Both the position numbers and the translations under genes were made by a program. A stretch of DNA of 64,000 bases from NCBI GenBank assembly GCA_965644295.1, contig CBFFRP010000309.1:67611-131610 (forward strand), given 5' to 3'. The notes below the pieces were generated by a model, which made no database searches, was not told where the DNA came from, and was given only the letters and a program-made list of their open reading frames with translations. Below are positions 38,618 to 50,700 of this stretch, one piece after another (position 1 is the first letter of the stretch; each line of letters opens with the position of its first letter). This DNA comes from Paraphysomonas bandaiensis. Lineage: Eukaryota > Protista > Chrysophyceae.

Positions 38618-38845
38618 TTGCAGGACGACGCAACGGGTAATGAGTTTGTGATCGACAAGATCACTAATACGAGAGGAGACCAAAACAGGTTCAGATGGGG
38701 TTTGTTTTTTAAAGTCGTCGGGAAGAATTATGATGTCCTAGCATGGGAGTCTTGCAAGACTGTTAGGAGCACACCAGCATTGAGAGATTATTTGAAAGCA
38801 CACTCAAACCCGCTCATAAGAGATCATCTTCCCAAGAAAAGGTAA
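38618..38845 (+). pseudogene. Chromodomain fragment from the integrase C-terminus of a Gypsy (chromovirus-like) element
   Basis: EFVIDKITNTRG...LFFKVVGKNYDVLAWESCKTVRSTPALRDYL follows the chromodomain pattern, with no upstream pol. Confidence 0.7.
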
Positions 38846-39456
38846 CAGCGAGGTGGTTCACAGGATTCTTATGACGAAACATCTTCATCTGCATTGGAGA
38901 GTTCTTGGGTTTAAATTAGGATGGTGAGTTCAGTAGCTAAAATCCGCGCTGTCCACGTTCAGGGCACCTGTGACAAGAAAATGAGATTTCGGAAGGTAGT
39001 GAGGCACGAAACCCTGCATTTCTAGTAAAATCCTGGATTTTGGGGGATGCTTTTGGGTTCGGTGTTTAGGGATCGCATGTTTACATATGTACACTGTATG
39101 TATGTATGTATAGAGGTCTTCGAGTGATGGAAATGAAAGTCAACGTGCACATTCATTTTTGTTACAACGATTATGTTTTCAGTTATTGTACATGTGTGAC
39201 TCTGTAGGATACGAGTGAAGGTGTACAGTAGAATATGATCAGTTGTAGTATTATTGTGTCGTAGGGAGACACCATAATTTCCTATCACTAACGATTTCTG
39301 TAGTGTCTGCAAAGAGACTTGTCTTTTGCCTACTTGTAGTGTAGTTTGAACGGAGGACAACGTGCGAACTGGATCAGTGAGTGTTTGATTGATCTGTAGT
39401 ATCAGTGTTGTATTTTCGATCCAAGTACGTATTATTTCTCTACGTGATAGGAAATT

Positions 39457-41552
39457 ATGAAGAAGTCGAGTAACGAGAAGCTGAAGAAGTTTAGGAACAA
39501 GGATTTGGACCAGCGGTCCATGGGCCAAGGGGCAGATGCATTGACCCCAGCGGTGCCGATTCTGAAGTATGGGACAAACACCAACCTGGCGGTATTCAGA
39601 AGCTCACAGTGGCCGCCATGATGCTGTTCGGTGACCCAGCGAGGCTCGTGGAGACCGATGAGTATTACGAACCACCCAAGATAAAGGTCAAGGACTACGA
39701 CCACGATAACGACCCCACACGGTCTGAACCTGGAGGAACTGAAGGATGCGAGAAAGACACGCCAAAGGAAGATCGACCAAATGCGTGACAACCGATCAGC
39801 TTTCTACGCGTTCATGTATGACAGGCTGAGTAACGAGTCCGTAGATGTGATTAAGCAATTGAAGAAATATGACGAAATTAACTCCTCCAACAAGGACCCT
39901 CTACTGTTGTGGTTGGCTATCAAGCAGACCCACAAAACAGCGACGAATTCCAATGTAGGGACCATAATGCGTGCAGAGACGAGAAAGAAGTACCAAGACG
40001 TGCGTCAGGGTCCATTTGAGAGTATCGTGACCTATAAGGAGCGATTTGATTTTCTTTTAAAAGCGTACAATGATATGAAGAATCCGAAGATGGAAGAAGA
40101 AGATATAGCTATGGACTTCTTCATGGGTCTGGACGACACCAGATATGAAGAGTTTAAGACCAGCTTTATGAATGACTTAATGATGGGCACCCAGAAGCCA
40201 CCCAAGCACGTGAACGAGATCTACACTACGGCTTCGAAGTATATTACCCTGAAGAGAGGAGCGAAACCTAATGGTGGTGTTGCATTTATGAGCAGGAAGG
40301 ATGCCTCGACTAAACAACAGCGTCGCACAAGTGATGCGAACGACAAGCCGCAGTCGAATGAGACCAACGAGTCGAAGGGAAACGTGTGCAAGCATGGAGC
40401 TCCTATTGTTTGTTGGGGTTGTGGAAAGACTGGACACAAGCTAAATCAGTGTCAACAGAACGTCGAACCAGAAGAGAAACAATGCTCAGTGACTATGCAG
40501 AATGCGTTCACATCTGGAGGAGTGCGTTTCGAATGGTACGAAGTTGTACTAGACAATCAGGCTGATGTGTCCGTTATGCACCCGTGGCTACTGACAGATG
40601 TGAGACTTGTCGATCGTAGGTGCAAAGTAGCTGGCTTATCAGGTCACGCGGTGGAATTACCTAATGTAGGAGAGCTGCCACAGTTTTTCACATGTAAAAC
40701 GGCTGACAACCTACGGGTCAGTGTATTGTGTCAAGCTGATGTGGAAGATTTATACCCTATTGTGTACGAACAAGGAGTGTCGTATACAGCAGTGTGTCTA
40801 CCTAACAAGGAGGTAGTGTTCAACAGACGAAACAAGATGTACGTAGCCGATATGAGAGATTGGTTGACACAAGGCAGGGTGAATATTACAACAGCACAAA
40901 CGAAAGAGCAGGAGTACACCAAAAGCGAAGTGGTGAGAGCTCGGAAGGCACAGGAACTAGCGTGGAACGGGGGTTTTGACTCGGAGCAGGGAGCCATGAA
41001 CTTGGTAAGCGATGGGAATGTCACAGACGTACCATTGACGGCGCAAGATGTAAAGCGAGCATTCGACATATATGGGAAGCCGTATGAAGCGGTCAGAGAG
41101 AAAACCACTAAGCGTAAGAGCGGGCGGCAGTACGTGGACATAGGAATCAAAGCAGAGCAGCCCAAGCCGCAACGTCTGTACACCGATTTATTCAGCGTGA
41201 GGAGAAAACGTTCTTGATAACATTGACGGAGCCACTCGGGTTGACACTTGTATCTCCGGTAGCTAGCGAGAATACTGATGATCTAGGTCTCGCCTTTCAG
41301 GAGCAAGTATCTCTGCTAAGAAGTCATGGTTTCACACCAACTGTAGCCTACCTGGATCCCCAGCCCCTCAGAGGACAGATTACAGGGGTGGAAGTGGATG
41401 TGTGTGGAGCAGGGGATCACATGGACAAAGTAGATCTCAAGATCCGGAGACTAAAAGAGACTATTAGACCTGTACAGGCAGGATTACCCTGGTCATTATC
41501 TGATACCATGGTCAGAGATCTGGTGAAGTACTCGAACAGTCGATTAAATATC
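39457..41552 (+). mobile_element. Truncated, frameshifted Ty1/Copia element: gag, CCHC knuckle, protease, partial integrase; no RT
   Basis: CWGCGKTGHKLNQC, VVLDNQADVSV (DNQA protease variant), DVKRAFDIYG, YTDLF followed by a frameshift into the integrase core. Integrase directly after protease is Copia order. Confidence 0.88.
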
Positions 41553-42119
41553 AGAACGTTTTCTCCTCACGCTGAATAAATCGGTGTACAGACGTTGCGA
41601 CTTGGACTGCTCTGCTTTGATTCCTATGTCCACGTACTGCCGCCCGCTCTTACGCTTAGTGGTTTTCTCTCTGACCGCTTCATACGGCTTCCCATATATG
41701 TCGAATGCTCGCTTTACATCTTGCGCCGTCAATGGTACGTCTGTGACATTCCCATCGCTTACCAAGTTCATGGCTCCCTGCTCCGAGTCAAAACCTCCGT
41801 TCCACGCTAGTTCCTGTGCCTTCCGAGCTCTCACCACTTCGCTTTTGGTGTACTCCTGCTCTTTCGTTTGTGCTGTTGTAATATTCACCCTGCCTTGTGT
41901 CAACCAATCTCTCATATCGGCTACGTACATCTTGTTTCGTCTGTTGAACACTACCTCCTTGTTAGGTAGACACACTGCTGTATACGACACTCCTTGTTCG
42001 TACACAATAGGGTATAAATCTTCCACACCAGCTTGACACAATACACTGACCCGTAGGTTGTCAGCCGTTTTACATGTGAAAAACTGTGGCAGCTCTATTC
42101 CACCGCGTGACCTGATAAG
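41553..42119 (-). repeat. Inverted, slightly diverged copy of Copia pol segment 40635-41214
   Basis: Reverse complement of 40635-41214 with about 4 substitutions and a 13-nt deletion. Confidence 0.95.
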
Positions 42120-42445
42120 TATGTATGTATGCATGTATGTATGTATGTATGTATGTATGTATGTAGGTAGGTAGGTAGGTAGGTAGGTAGGTAGGTAGGT
42201 AGGTATGTATGTATGTATGTATGTATGTATGTATGTATGTATGTATGTATGTATGTATGTATGTATGTATGTATGTATGTATGTATGTATGTATGTATGT
42301 ATGTATGTATGTATGTATGTAGGTAGGTATGTATGTATGTACGTATGTATGTATGTATGTATGTATGTATGTATGTATGTATGTATGTATGTATGTACGT
42401 ATGTATGTATGTAGGTATGTATGTAGGTATGTATGTATGTACGTA
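42120..42445. repeat. (TATG)n/(TAGG)n microsatellite
   Basis: Seen directly; it abuts the end of the inverted Copia copy. Confidence 0.99.
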
Positions 42446-42573
42446 CATGTACACAGGGTACAGGGGTATGCACATATGTTATATCAATCTGCAGAACTAT
42501 CAATCGCATCCACCTCATCTCCATCACACACATATCAACCAAACCTCACCTCTCTATCATATCATATAACCCC

Positions 42574-45500
42574 ATGGTCTCATCCTTCTATCATCGATCA
42601 CTCGACACTACATCAAATAATTCCAATGGTGAAACTGAAAAAGTGAAGTTCGCTTTCTATGTCAGTACGGTCATATTTATCATACTTCTTCTCACTTTCG
42701 AACTGATTCGTCATATTAAACAAATTTTTCTCAAAAGAATTACAAGAAAATTCCAAGTATGTTCTATTTGAACTTCATTAACATTTTCATTTTACTTTTA
42801 ACCAATCAGAAATCGAAACGTGTTCCACCTGTCCCTCCAAGATATTTCTTTGGATGGATTGTAGAGATTATGAAGGTCTCGGAGAGTGACTTCTTATATA
42901 TGGTGGGGTTAGATGGGTATGTATTTCTCAGATTCATTAAACTGTGTTTAAAGTAAGTTATGTATGAGTTGTTTCATAGATGTATTAGATTTGTATATGG
43001 GAATGTAGGATATCATGTTTCTTTACACTATGGGGGCTACTGATACTCCTTCCTGTGTATGTATCGTCCAGTGGAGATCAACATGGATGGAGTAAATATA
43101 CGTTAGCTAATGCAATGAATGAAGAAGATTCACATCGTTTATGGTTGCCAGCTGTGTTCAGTTATGTGTTTTCTGGATACGTTTGCCGTTTGTTTTATCT
43201 CGAGTATCAGTTATTTGTTAAGATGCGGTTGGAGTATCTAATCAGAGGTGATCCGGACACTCACCCACAGACATATTATACTCTTATGGTAGAAGATATT
43301 CCACGCAGTCTTCGCTCCGGTCCTACTCTTCGAACTTTTTTTGACACGCTCTTTCCAGGTGTGAATCTCTTATGTCGATGCAGTTGTCAAATATAATTCA
43401 ATTTATACAGACAGCGTACACTCAGTGAGTTTGTCGCTCAAGTTGCATCGACTCGAAGCTCTAGTAGATCGGCGACGCAAGGTGCGTGCAAGACTTCTAC
43501 CCTGCTTATAGCTTCATTCTAATTACTCTGTAGACTCGCAATACAGTGGAGGTAACAGTGGCTCGTCAGCACGCTAAAGGTAAACCCTGTACACTCTGGG
43601 TTCCTTCCAATTTCTATGAGGATACGAAGACCGCTTTATACAAGATGACAGAAGAATGTGGAGAGGGAGTTGAGGAAAAAGGAGTTGCTACTGTTATTAC
43701 ACCGGATGACATCCCCATTGTTGCAAGGCGATGTGGGTTTATACAAGTACATGCTGTACCGCACTATATGTACGTGCTGCAGTTACTGAACCAGACCGTT
43801 AGGACGCTTCAGATAGCCTATATTACTCGCACGAATGAACTGAATGCGATAGAGGAACAGAGTCTTCAAGATAATCCCGATTCTATGGCGAGTCATGTAC
43901 TCCAATACCTAGTAGATGAGGGCCCGCACCAGTCGCCACTTATGCAAAGGCATGGGGGTGATGCGCGCATTCTACCAACATTGAAGCTATCGGTGATGAG
44001 TCGCCGTCGGAGCGAAAGTGCTGATTCTGATGGTGGCCACGCAGCTGTGCAGTTGGCAGATAGAGTTCGTAGCAAGAGCGTTACTCGACAGGAGTCAGAG
44101 TACAGTGTGGAAGATGGAGCACCATTAGTTGCCCCTGGAACTCTATCGTCATCGGATAACATTGCAGTCCATGCAGATAAATCAACAGAAGACGACGACA
44201 GGGGTGCGGTAGCTCTCTGGGCGGAGTCGTTCCTGGCAGACTCATATGAGATAACTCGCAAGACTTTTGCTGCTGAAACGGAGAGAACAGCTGCATTAGC
44301 TAGACAGGGAGCTCTGGAAGCTCGTCGACAGCTGGCATTCCTTACTGGAAATGACTATTTCAACATATCTTCAACAGCTTTTGTGACGTTCACAAGCCGC
44401 GTGTCCGCCGGAGTAGCCCATCAAATGCTGCTTTCACATGAAAATCATCAGATGCAAGTTAATCCAGCACCATCGTTCACAGATATTATCTGGAAGAATG
44501 TGTACATCAAACGCGCCGAAACAAAGAAGCGGACGAGAATAGCGGGGTAAGTGTGCCTGATATTGTGTTGAGTGCATCTAATAAACCAATGACTAGCGCA
44601 CTGTTTGTCTTGGGTGCCATTTTCTGGTCATTTGTTGTCACTGGAATTCGCCGAATATTTAATCTACAGACGTTTGATAAAAAGCATGAAAGTTTTCTTG
44701 TGTCCTATGAAGGTACCATGATATACACTTTATTCAACGACTATATGGCAGTTGCGATTCTGTTGTGTCTTCTTGCTGTTCTACCACTCATATTTGATTT
44801 TGTCGCTCGGCAATACGAGAGACTGCGAACTGAGAATGATATCCAGAAGTCTATAATGGGTCGTTATTACTATTATATGCTCGCTAATGTGTACATTAAT
44901 GTCACTGCGGACACGATATTTCGCAGCATGGAGACCCTCGTACGAAATCCGGGAGATATATTAGAAATTCTTGGAGAGTCGCTGCCTAATGTGTCTGCAT
45001 TCTTTGCAAGCATGATTATTCTCTATACTTTTGTTGGATTGATGGTTGAATTCATTCGTGCTTGGCCTATGGTGTGTTTCTACTCTGTTACAATGTTCAC
45101 TGACAAACGGAAGTGTACCCGACGCCAGTTGCGTACTGGAGCGTTTGCTGCTGCTCGTATGCTCTATGGATGGATCTACCCTTGCCTGTTGATGGTTTTC
45201 ATGATCATCATGATATACTCTTGTATTGCCCCAATGATATGTCTTCTCGCTGTTGTATACTTTGCGTTTGCATATTTGATGTACAAGTACCAGCTGCTCT
45301 ATGTATATGTGAACGAATACCAGTCAGGAGGGCACATGTGGTACTCTGTTTTCGATATGTCTATGATGGCATTACTGTGTGGAAATGTCACTTTACTTGG
45401 CTATCTTGTGTCTAAGAAAGAACTAATTCGAGCCCCCTTCTATATTGTCGCCCCTCTGCCTGCATTGATCACCTTATTCTGGCGCCGTTGTAATGAAAGA

Positions 45501-45988
45501 TTTTACGGGCCATCAGTGATGAGTTTTAATGAGTATAGCAATAACAGGAAGTGCTAATTGTGTTTTAGAATTTGTCATTGCAGCACGCTGGCATAATAGA
45601 CAAACATTATCGCGATTGTGCTGCGCGGATGAGATCAACTCCTGTGGACTCTTTCAATGAGCGGGCATATCACCAACCCTCATTAACCGAGCCTTATCTT
45701 GCTCCGGAACCGTATCGACTTCGTTCGGCTGCGGTTGGAGCAATTAATACATCAGGCCATGGTGGTGCGACATACAACACACTTCATACCCAGAATGATA
45801 GTATCACGAACGGCACTCCACTAACAAGTGAACGACGACAAAGAAATAGCATTAATCTGGATACCATTAGTGAAAGTGTAGCTCGCGAGGCTTCTGATGA
45901 TGATATTGATCAGGAGGAAGCCGACAATGATGTCAACGATATTTTAGAAGGACTTACAGACACTAATATTGTAAGTGGTGTAGTGTAA
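42574..45988 (+). CDS. OSCA/TMEM63/CSC1-family (RSN1/DUF221) mechanosensitive or calcium-permeable channel; about 6-7 introns
   Basis: Motifs FFGWI, GLDGYVFLRF, YTLMVEDIP, TAFVTF, PAPSFTDIIWKN, ILGESLP, YKYQLLYVY...YQSGG.MW. Confidence 0.93.
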
Positions 45989-46230
45989 TATTTTTAGTGG
46001 CGATTTGATTACCAAGATATTGCGTTGTGATTTTTTTCAAATGAATCTTCCATATTAGTAAATGGGGAGAAACTTGTGGGCTAATGAAATCTATATTTTT
46101 TTGGTTTGTGGCGAAAAGTCATCCTTAGCTAACTAATTCTACGAACAAATATTTGTAAAGTCCATACATGATTACAAAAAGCCCCGCATATTCTGGGGAA
46201 GGAGGCATGTCGCGCCAGGTTCTCATAGGA

Positions 46231-46277
46231 CACACACAGGGCTCATACACACAGGGCTCATACACACAGGGCTCATG
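46231..46277. repeat. Three tandem copies of ACACACAGGGCTCAT
   Basis: Seen directly. Confidence 0.9.
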
Positions 46278-46318
46278 AGTGGTCAGGAAAGGCCCAGCGA
46301 ATAGTTTGTCACGGAAAG

Positions 46319-46915
46319 ACTACATACATGGCTGTGCTAGATTATCCGCAAATATATTTATTCCTGATAAGTTGTTACCATACATAAACAGTTGTTGCAA
46401 ACGCGTGGTTGACGCAACTTTTATTGTAGCAGAGCTCGTAGGTTTCAGTATACATAATTTCAACTAAGTACATGTGAAGGTAGATCAGAATACAAACTCT
46501 CAAAAATCGTGGTCAGCTTCACAGAGTCAACCCAAATCTCACCCATCCAATTATCCTACTCACACGTCAGAGACAGAATCATCATACCAAATCTATCCCC
46601 AACTACTACTACATATACTACATACATGGCTGTGCTAGATTATCCGCAAATATATTTATTCCTGATAAGTTGTTACCATACATAAACAGTTGTTGCAAAC
46701 GCGTGGTTGACGCAACTTTTATTGTAGCAGAGCTCGTAGGTTTCAGTATACATAATTTCAACTAAGTACATGTGAAGGTAGATCAGAATACAAACTCTCA
46801 AAAATCGTGGTCAGCTTCACAGAGTCAACCCAAATCTCACCCATCCAATTATCCTACTCACACGTCAGAGACAGAATCATCATACCAAATCTATCCCCAA
46901 CTACTACTACATATA
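46319..46915. repeat. 298-bp perfect tandem duplication
   Basis: 46319-46616 is repeated at 46617-46914, with ACTACATA-like microhomology at the junction. Confidence 0.95.
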
Positions 46916-47450
46916 GCTGCAATTCCTAGACATACATTCCCCAAGACCAACCCAGCTCACAGATATTCCGTCGACACCTCGATCTACAAACCTACATCAT
47001 GCACCCAAAAAGACAGAAGTTCTTCCAAAAAGATGACCCTTGGTTAAGTTTTATATTCGGAATGGTTGCACCATGGTGCTTGTAGCATTTCCGGGGCAAT
47101 ATACGTTTGCACATATCACACTTTTGCTGACAAGTCTTGTTAGTCAGATGAAAGCATGCTTCTCATAGGATCTTCCTAATTGACGATTGTAAAACACTGA
47201 AAAACATAGATATTCATCAGATGTGTAGCTCAAACAATAATGGGACAATAAATACCTCAAAGTTAATATCCTGCTGGGAAGTGTGGTCGGAAAGGCATAC
47301 CATATTTAATGACCTGTTTGTGGAAAAGCACACCATATTATAACAGTGGCGTAACAAAGATCTATCTAAACGGGTACTTTGTTGAAATAATATTTACTAA
47401 ACCTAGCTCAACAACAATAAAAGTTGCACCAACCACGCGTTTGATACAAC
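46689..47450. mobile_element. Non-autonomous TIR element (~760 bp) with ~80-bp degenerate TIRs; left end duplicated at 46391
   Basis: GTTGTTGCAAACGCGTGGTTGACGCAACTTTTATTGT...TTTCAACTAAGTAC versus the reverse complement of 47374-47450, GTTGTATCAAACGCGTGGTTGGTGCAACTTTTATTGT...TTTCAACAAAGTAC. Confidence 0.65.
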
Positions 47451-47770
47451 AATAGAGTAAGCACAATAGGAGTTGCATTGTCCGCGGTAGCCAAAGAATA
47501 TAGTATGGTATCCATCAGAGAACGTAGATGTGGCTCTCAAAAAATTCTAAAAACCATCCAGGGTTTTACAACTACAGACTAATTATAACCATTGCAGAAG
47601 CAATATACTTCCTATCATTGGACATACCTTCGACATTAGTATACCACTTACTTATGAATACGATAAAATATAGGCTGCATTCGTTTCTGATACAGCCGTC
47701 TGCGGAATGAAATCTATTCACCTAACACATATCACACACGCAGTGCAAACTTCACAGTCGTTCCAAGTTT

Positions 47771-50700
47771 TCAGGAATCCGCCCAACCTTCAGCATTATG
47801 AAGTCTAACATCGGCGTCCATATTTGGTGAATTATGTATTGCGTAGATTAATTTCTTGCGCAAAACTTCCTTTGACGAGTAAGCCGGCAGACCAAGAGAA
47901 AAGAAACACGTCTGTGCATGTGGGAGGTAGTCATCGGGGTGGCTCTCGGCTTCGCCATGAACTGCTTGGAGCTTGAAGTTCATAAGGAGATCCTGTGCTG
48001 ACGCCGGCATTCGAGATCGAGCCCATACGAATCGAAGGAAGAGAGTACGCTCGTCATCTGTCATTTCCTCCAACACAGCCCAGAAATTCTTCACCAATTC
48101 GGACTCAGGGTTAATGTCTTCATACTCAGTGCACTGCTGAAGCAATTTAATATCCACGACATTACTACCACATATTAGCTGCTCAAGTTCTGTCGGCGTG
48201 AACATTGGAAACAACTCTGCAGGGATAACTGATGCTAGACCCTCTCGAAATGAGCGATACATAGCGTAACTTTCTCGTAGGCGGTACTTCTCCACAAGAC
48301 GAATGTAGTCCCTCCAATTACCCAAGTTTACCGGAATATCCTCACCCCCTGGAACAAGAGGCAACTTCGTCCCATCAGCAAACGTGACACTGAAGAATAA
48401 ATCTGCCCACTCCTTGGGAACATATGCAGAATTCTGTGCTATATTGGGGTCTTGTTCCAGCGTTAGGCCAAGCTTCTCGACATCAGATAGACTGTTTGCA
48501 GCGAGTGTATCAACCGTTTCCAAGTGAGGTCGAGCTACGGCCAAGCGCACCAGCGGGCGCCAAAGAAGGCTCGATAAGTCAAGCCCCATATTCATGTTGT
48601 GTCTCAGAGCTGTACCAGATAACTTACCGAAAAACTGCATCAACTCTTGCGAGAGTGGGGAAGTCGGGGATGAACTTAGAAGGAACTTGTCTTGATTGGG
48701 TCCCACAGCACTGGTACGATTGGGACACGGAACAAGCAACGGAAGCAAGCAGCGATCGCCAGTTTTACGACCCACGACAACACTGTCGCATTGCACTTCA
48801 TCAACTACCTGTTCGAACACCGCTCTATAAGGACCCCCGTAATCCTAGACAACGATATTTACTACATAAAAACAATACTTCACATACGTACATTAACTCC
48901 TTCGCCAAGAAACTTTACTTTGAACGCTCTTTTCTGCCCACCATGGCCTTTACCCAAGTACGACCTCCTAAACGACGATGCGGGCCAAAGACGCATTTCT
49001 CGGTGCAGTTGTCCGAATACCGACTGACGTAACCTTTCTGATGAGTTTGAAATTGAGCCCAGTCGGGCTTGAGTGGCTTTCACCCTGTTCACCCGAATAA
49101 CCTTGATCTCTCGTGGATCCTCGTACTCATCCTGGTGAAGAGGGGTGGACGTGGTAGTTGCTTCGATTATGTTTTCCCAAAACAAACGCTTCGTCTGAGT
49201 GAAGAGCACTCTTCGTTTAGATCTCAGTCGGCGTGCACAGCATGGGGGGCTCCACAGAGTCCGTGGGTCGAGAGAAAGCTGGTTGTAATTATCTCCGAGA
49301 AAATTCATATCATTGTCCAGCTTCTGTATTTCACTGGTATCACTACCAGAACGAGCATATAATGTGCTCGTTGCTGGGATATCTGTATTGATAATATCAA
49401 TGCTATTACTGGAACAACCAAACACATCCTGGCGCCATTTCTCCTCGGGAAGAGTGAGCTCCAAGTATGGTAAGGCATAGCCCAGTATCACATTAGCACT
49501 ACGAATAACTGATGATCGTGCAATAATTCTATCCGTACTGATAGACCTAAGCGGGGACGTATCATCCAACTGGTGAAGTGCATCCACAACCTGTTGACAA
49601 CTGATGTTGAAGGGTGACTGGCCCGCTTTAGACGATACTCTTGAGAGCATATCAGTTAAAAGCATATCTGACTCTACCGGCCAGTTGTTAATCCCATCCA
49701 CAGTGGTTGAGAGTTCTAAGAAATCTTCGAAAGTTCCTCCAGTGTCCTTATGATAACTTTCCGCCAGAATTTCCCCAGGCGACAGTAATTTCTCATATCC
49801 TAGCGCGGCCACACTGCTACACCATTGACTCATGGCTTCTGCGGTGGTGGCAACGTCTTTCCACACCACCCGCTCGGGTCTATTCATCGTCCGTGCTGCA
49901 TCTACGACGAGCTGTATGGAGTTCGAAACAATATCTTGAGGCTCGTTCGTTACTCTATTAACCATGAACTCTTCGTTTCCACCACGGATCCTTTCGCTGA
50001 TCCATCCAAAAGCTCCTTCATAATAAACAAGAAAGCGAGCAATATTCGAGGAGTTAATCCTTCTTTCAAGAGCATAGACTACTGCCCCAGTATCGACTGT
50101 AGCTGTTACATCAGATGCATCAATTTCCAAACCGCCCCTCATCACTGCCCCACCCTCATACACGATACGCAGTCGACCACCGTGGAACGCTGGAATACGG
50201 GCCAGTTCAATGTTTACCACCGTTTCTGGAAGTAACTTTACAATATTCCCTCTTCGCACGAGGTGAAGATCGCTCATATCGTGTGCAGCAAAGAACCAAG
50301 CCAGTCCTGCACCTTCAACCATTGCACCTTCGCCGCTCTGTGCATCAAGGCGATACCATAGCTGACCATGATACGAACCTAGAATAACAGCTTCCTCCTT
50401 TGTCTCTAGCGTCCTGCCACTAGATCGAGTAAATACAACACGGTCGCCATGAAACAACGCCGTCGACAGACCCAAGCGAATGGACGCATCCACACATGCA
50501 CGAGGGCTGATATCAAGCCCAACCATCAAATTTAGCGCTTTACACCTTGTTCGAACCTTCATAAAGCGATTCGAATTCCACCGCAACCAGTCTCTCCACG
50601 CCTCCCGATAGGTCCACATGTCTTTCTCCTGAGGCTTGGATGAGGGTCTCTCCTCGCTCCACGAGCTCAGCAAATTCCACGCACGACTCACATTTCTAAA

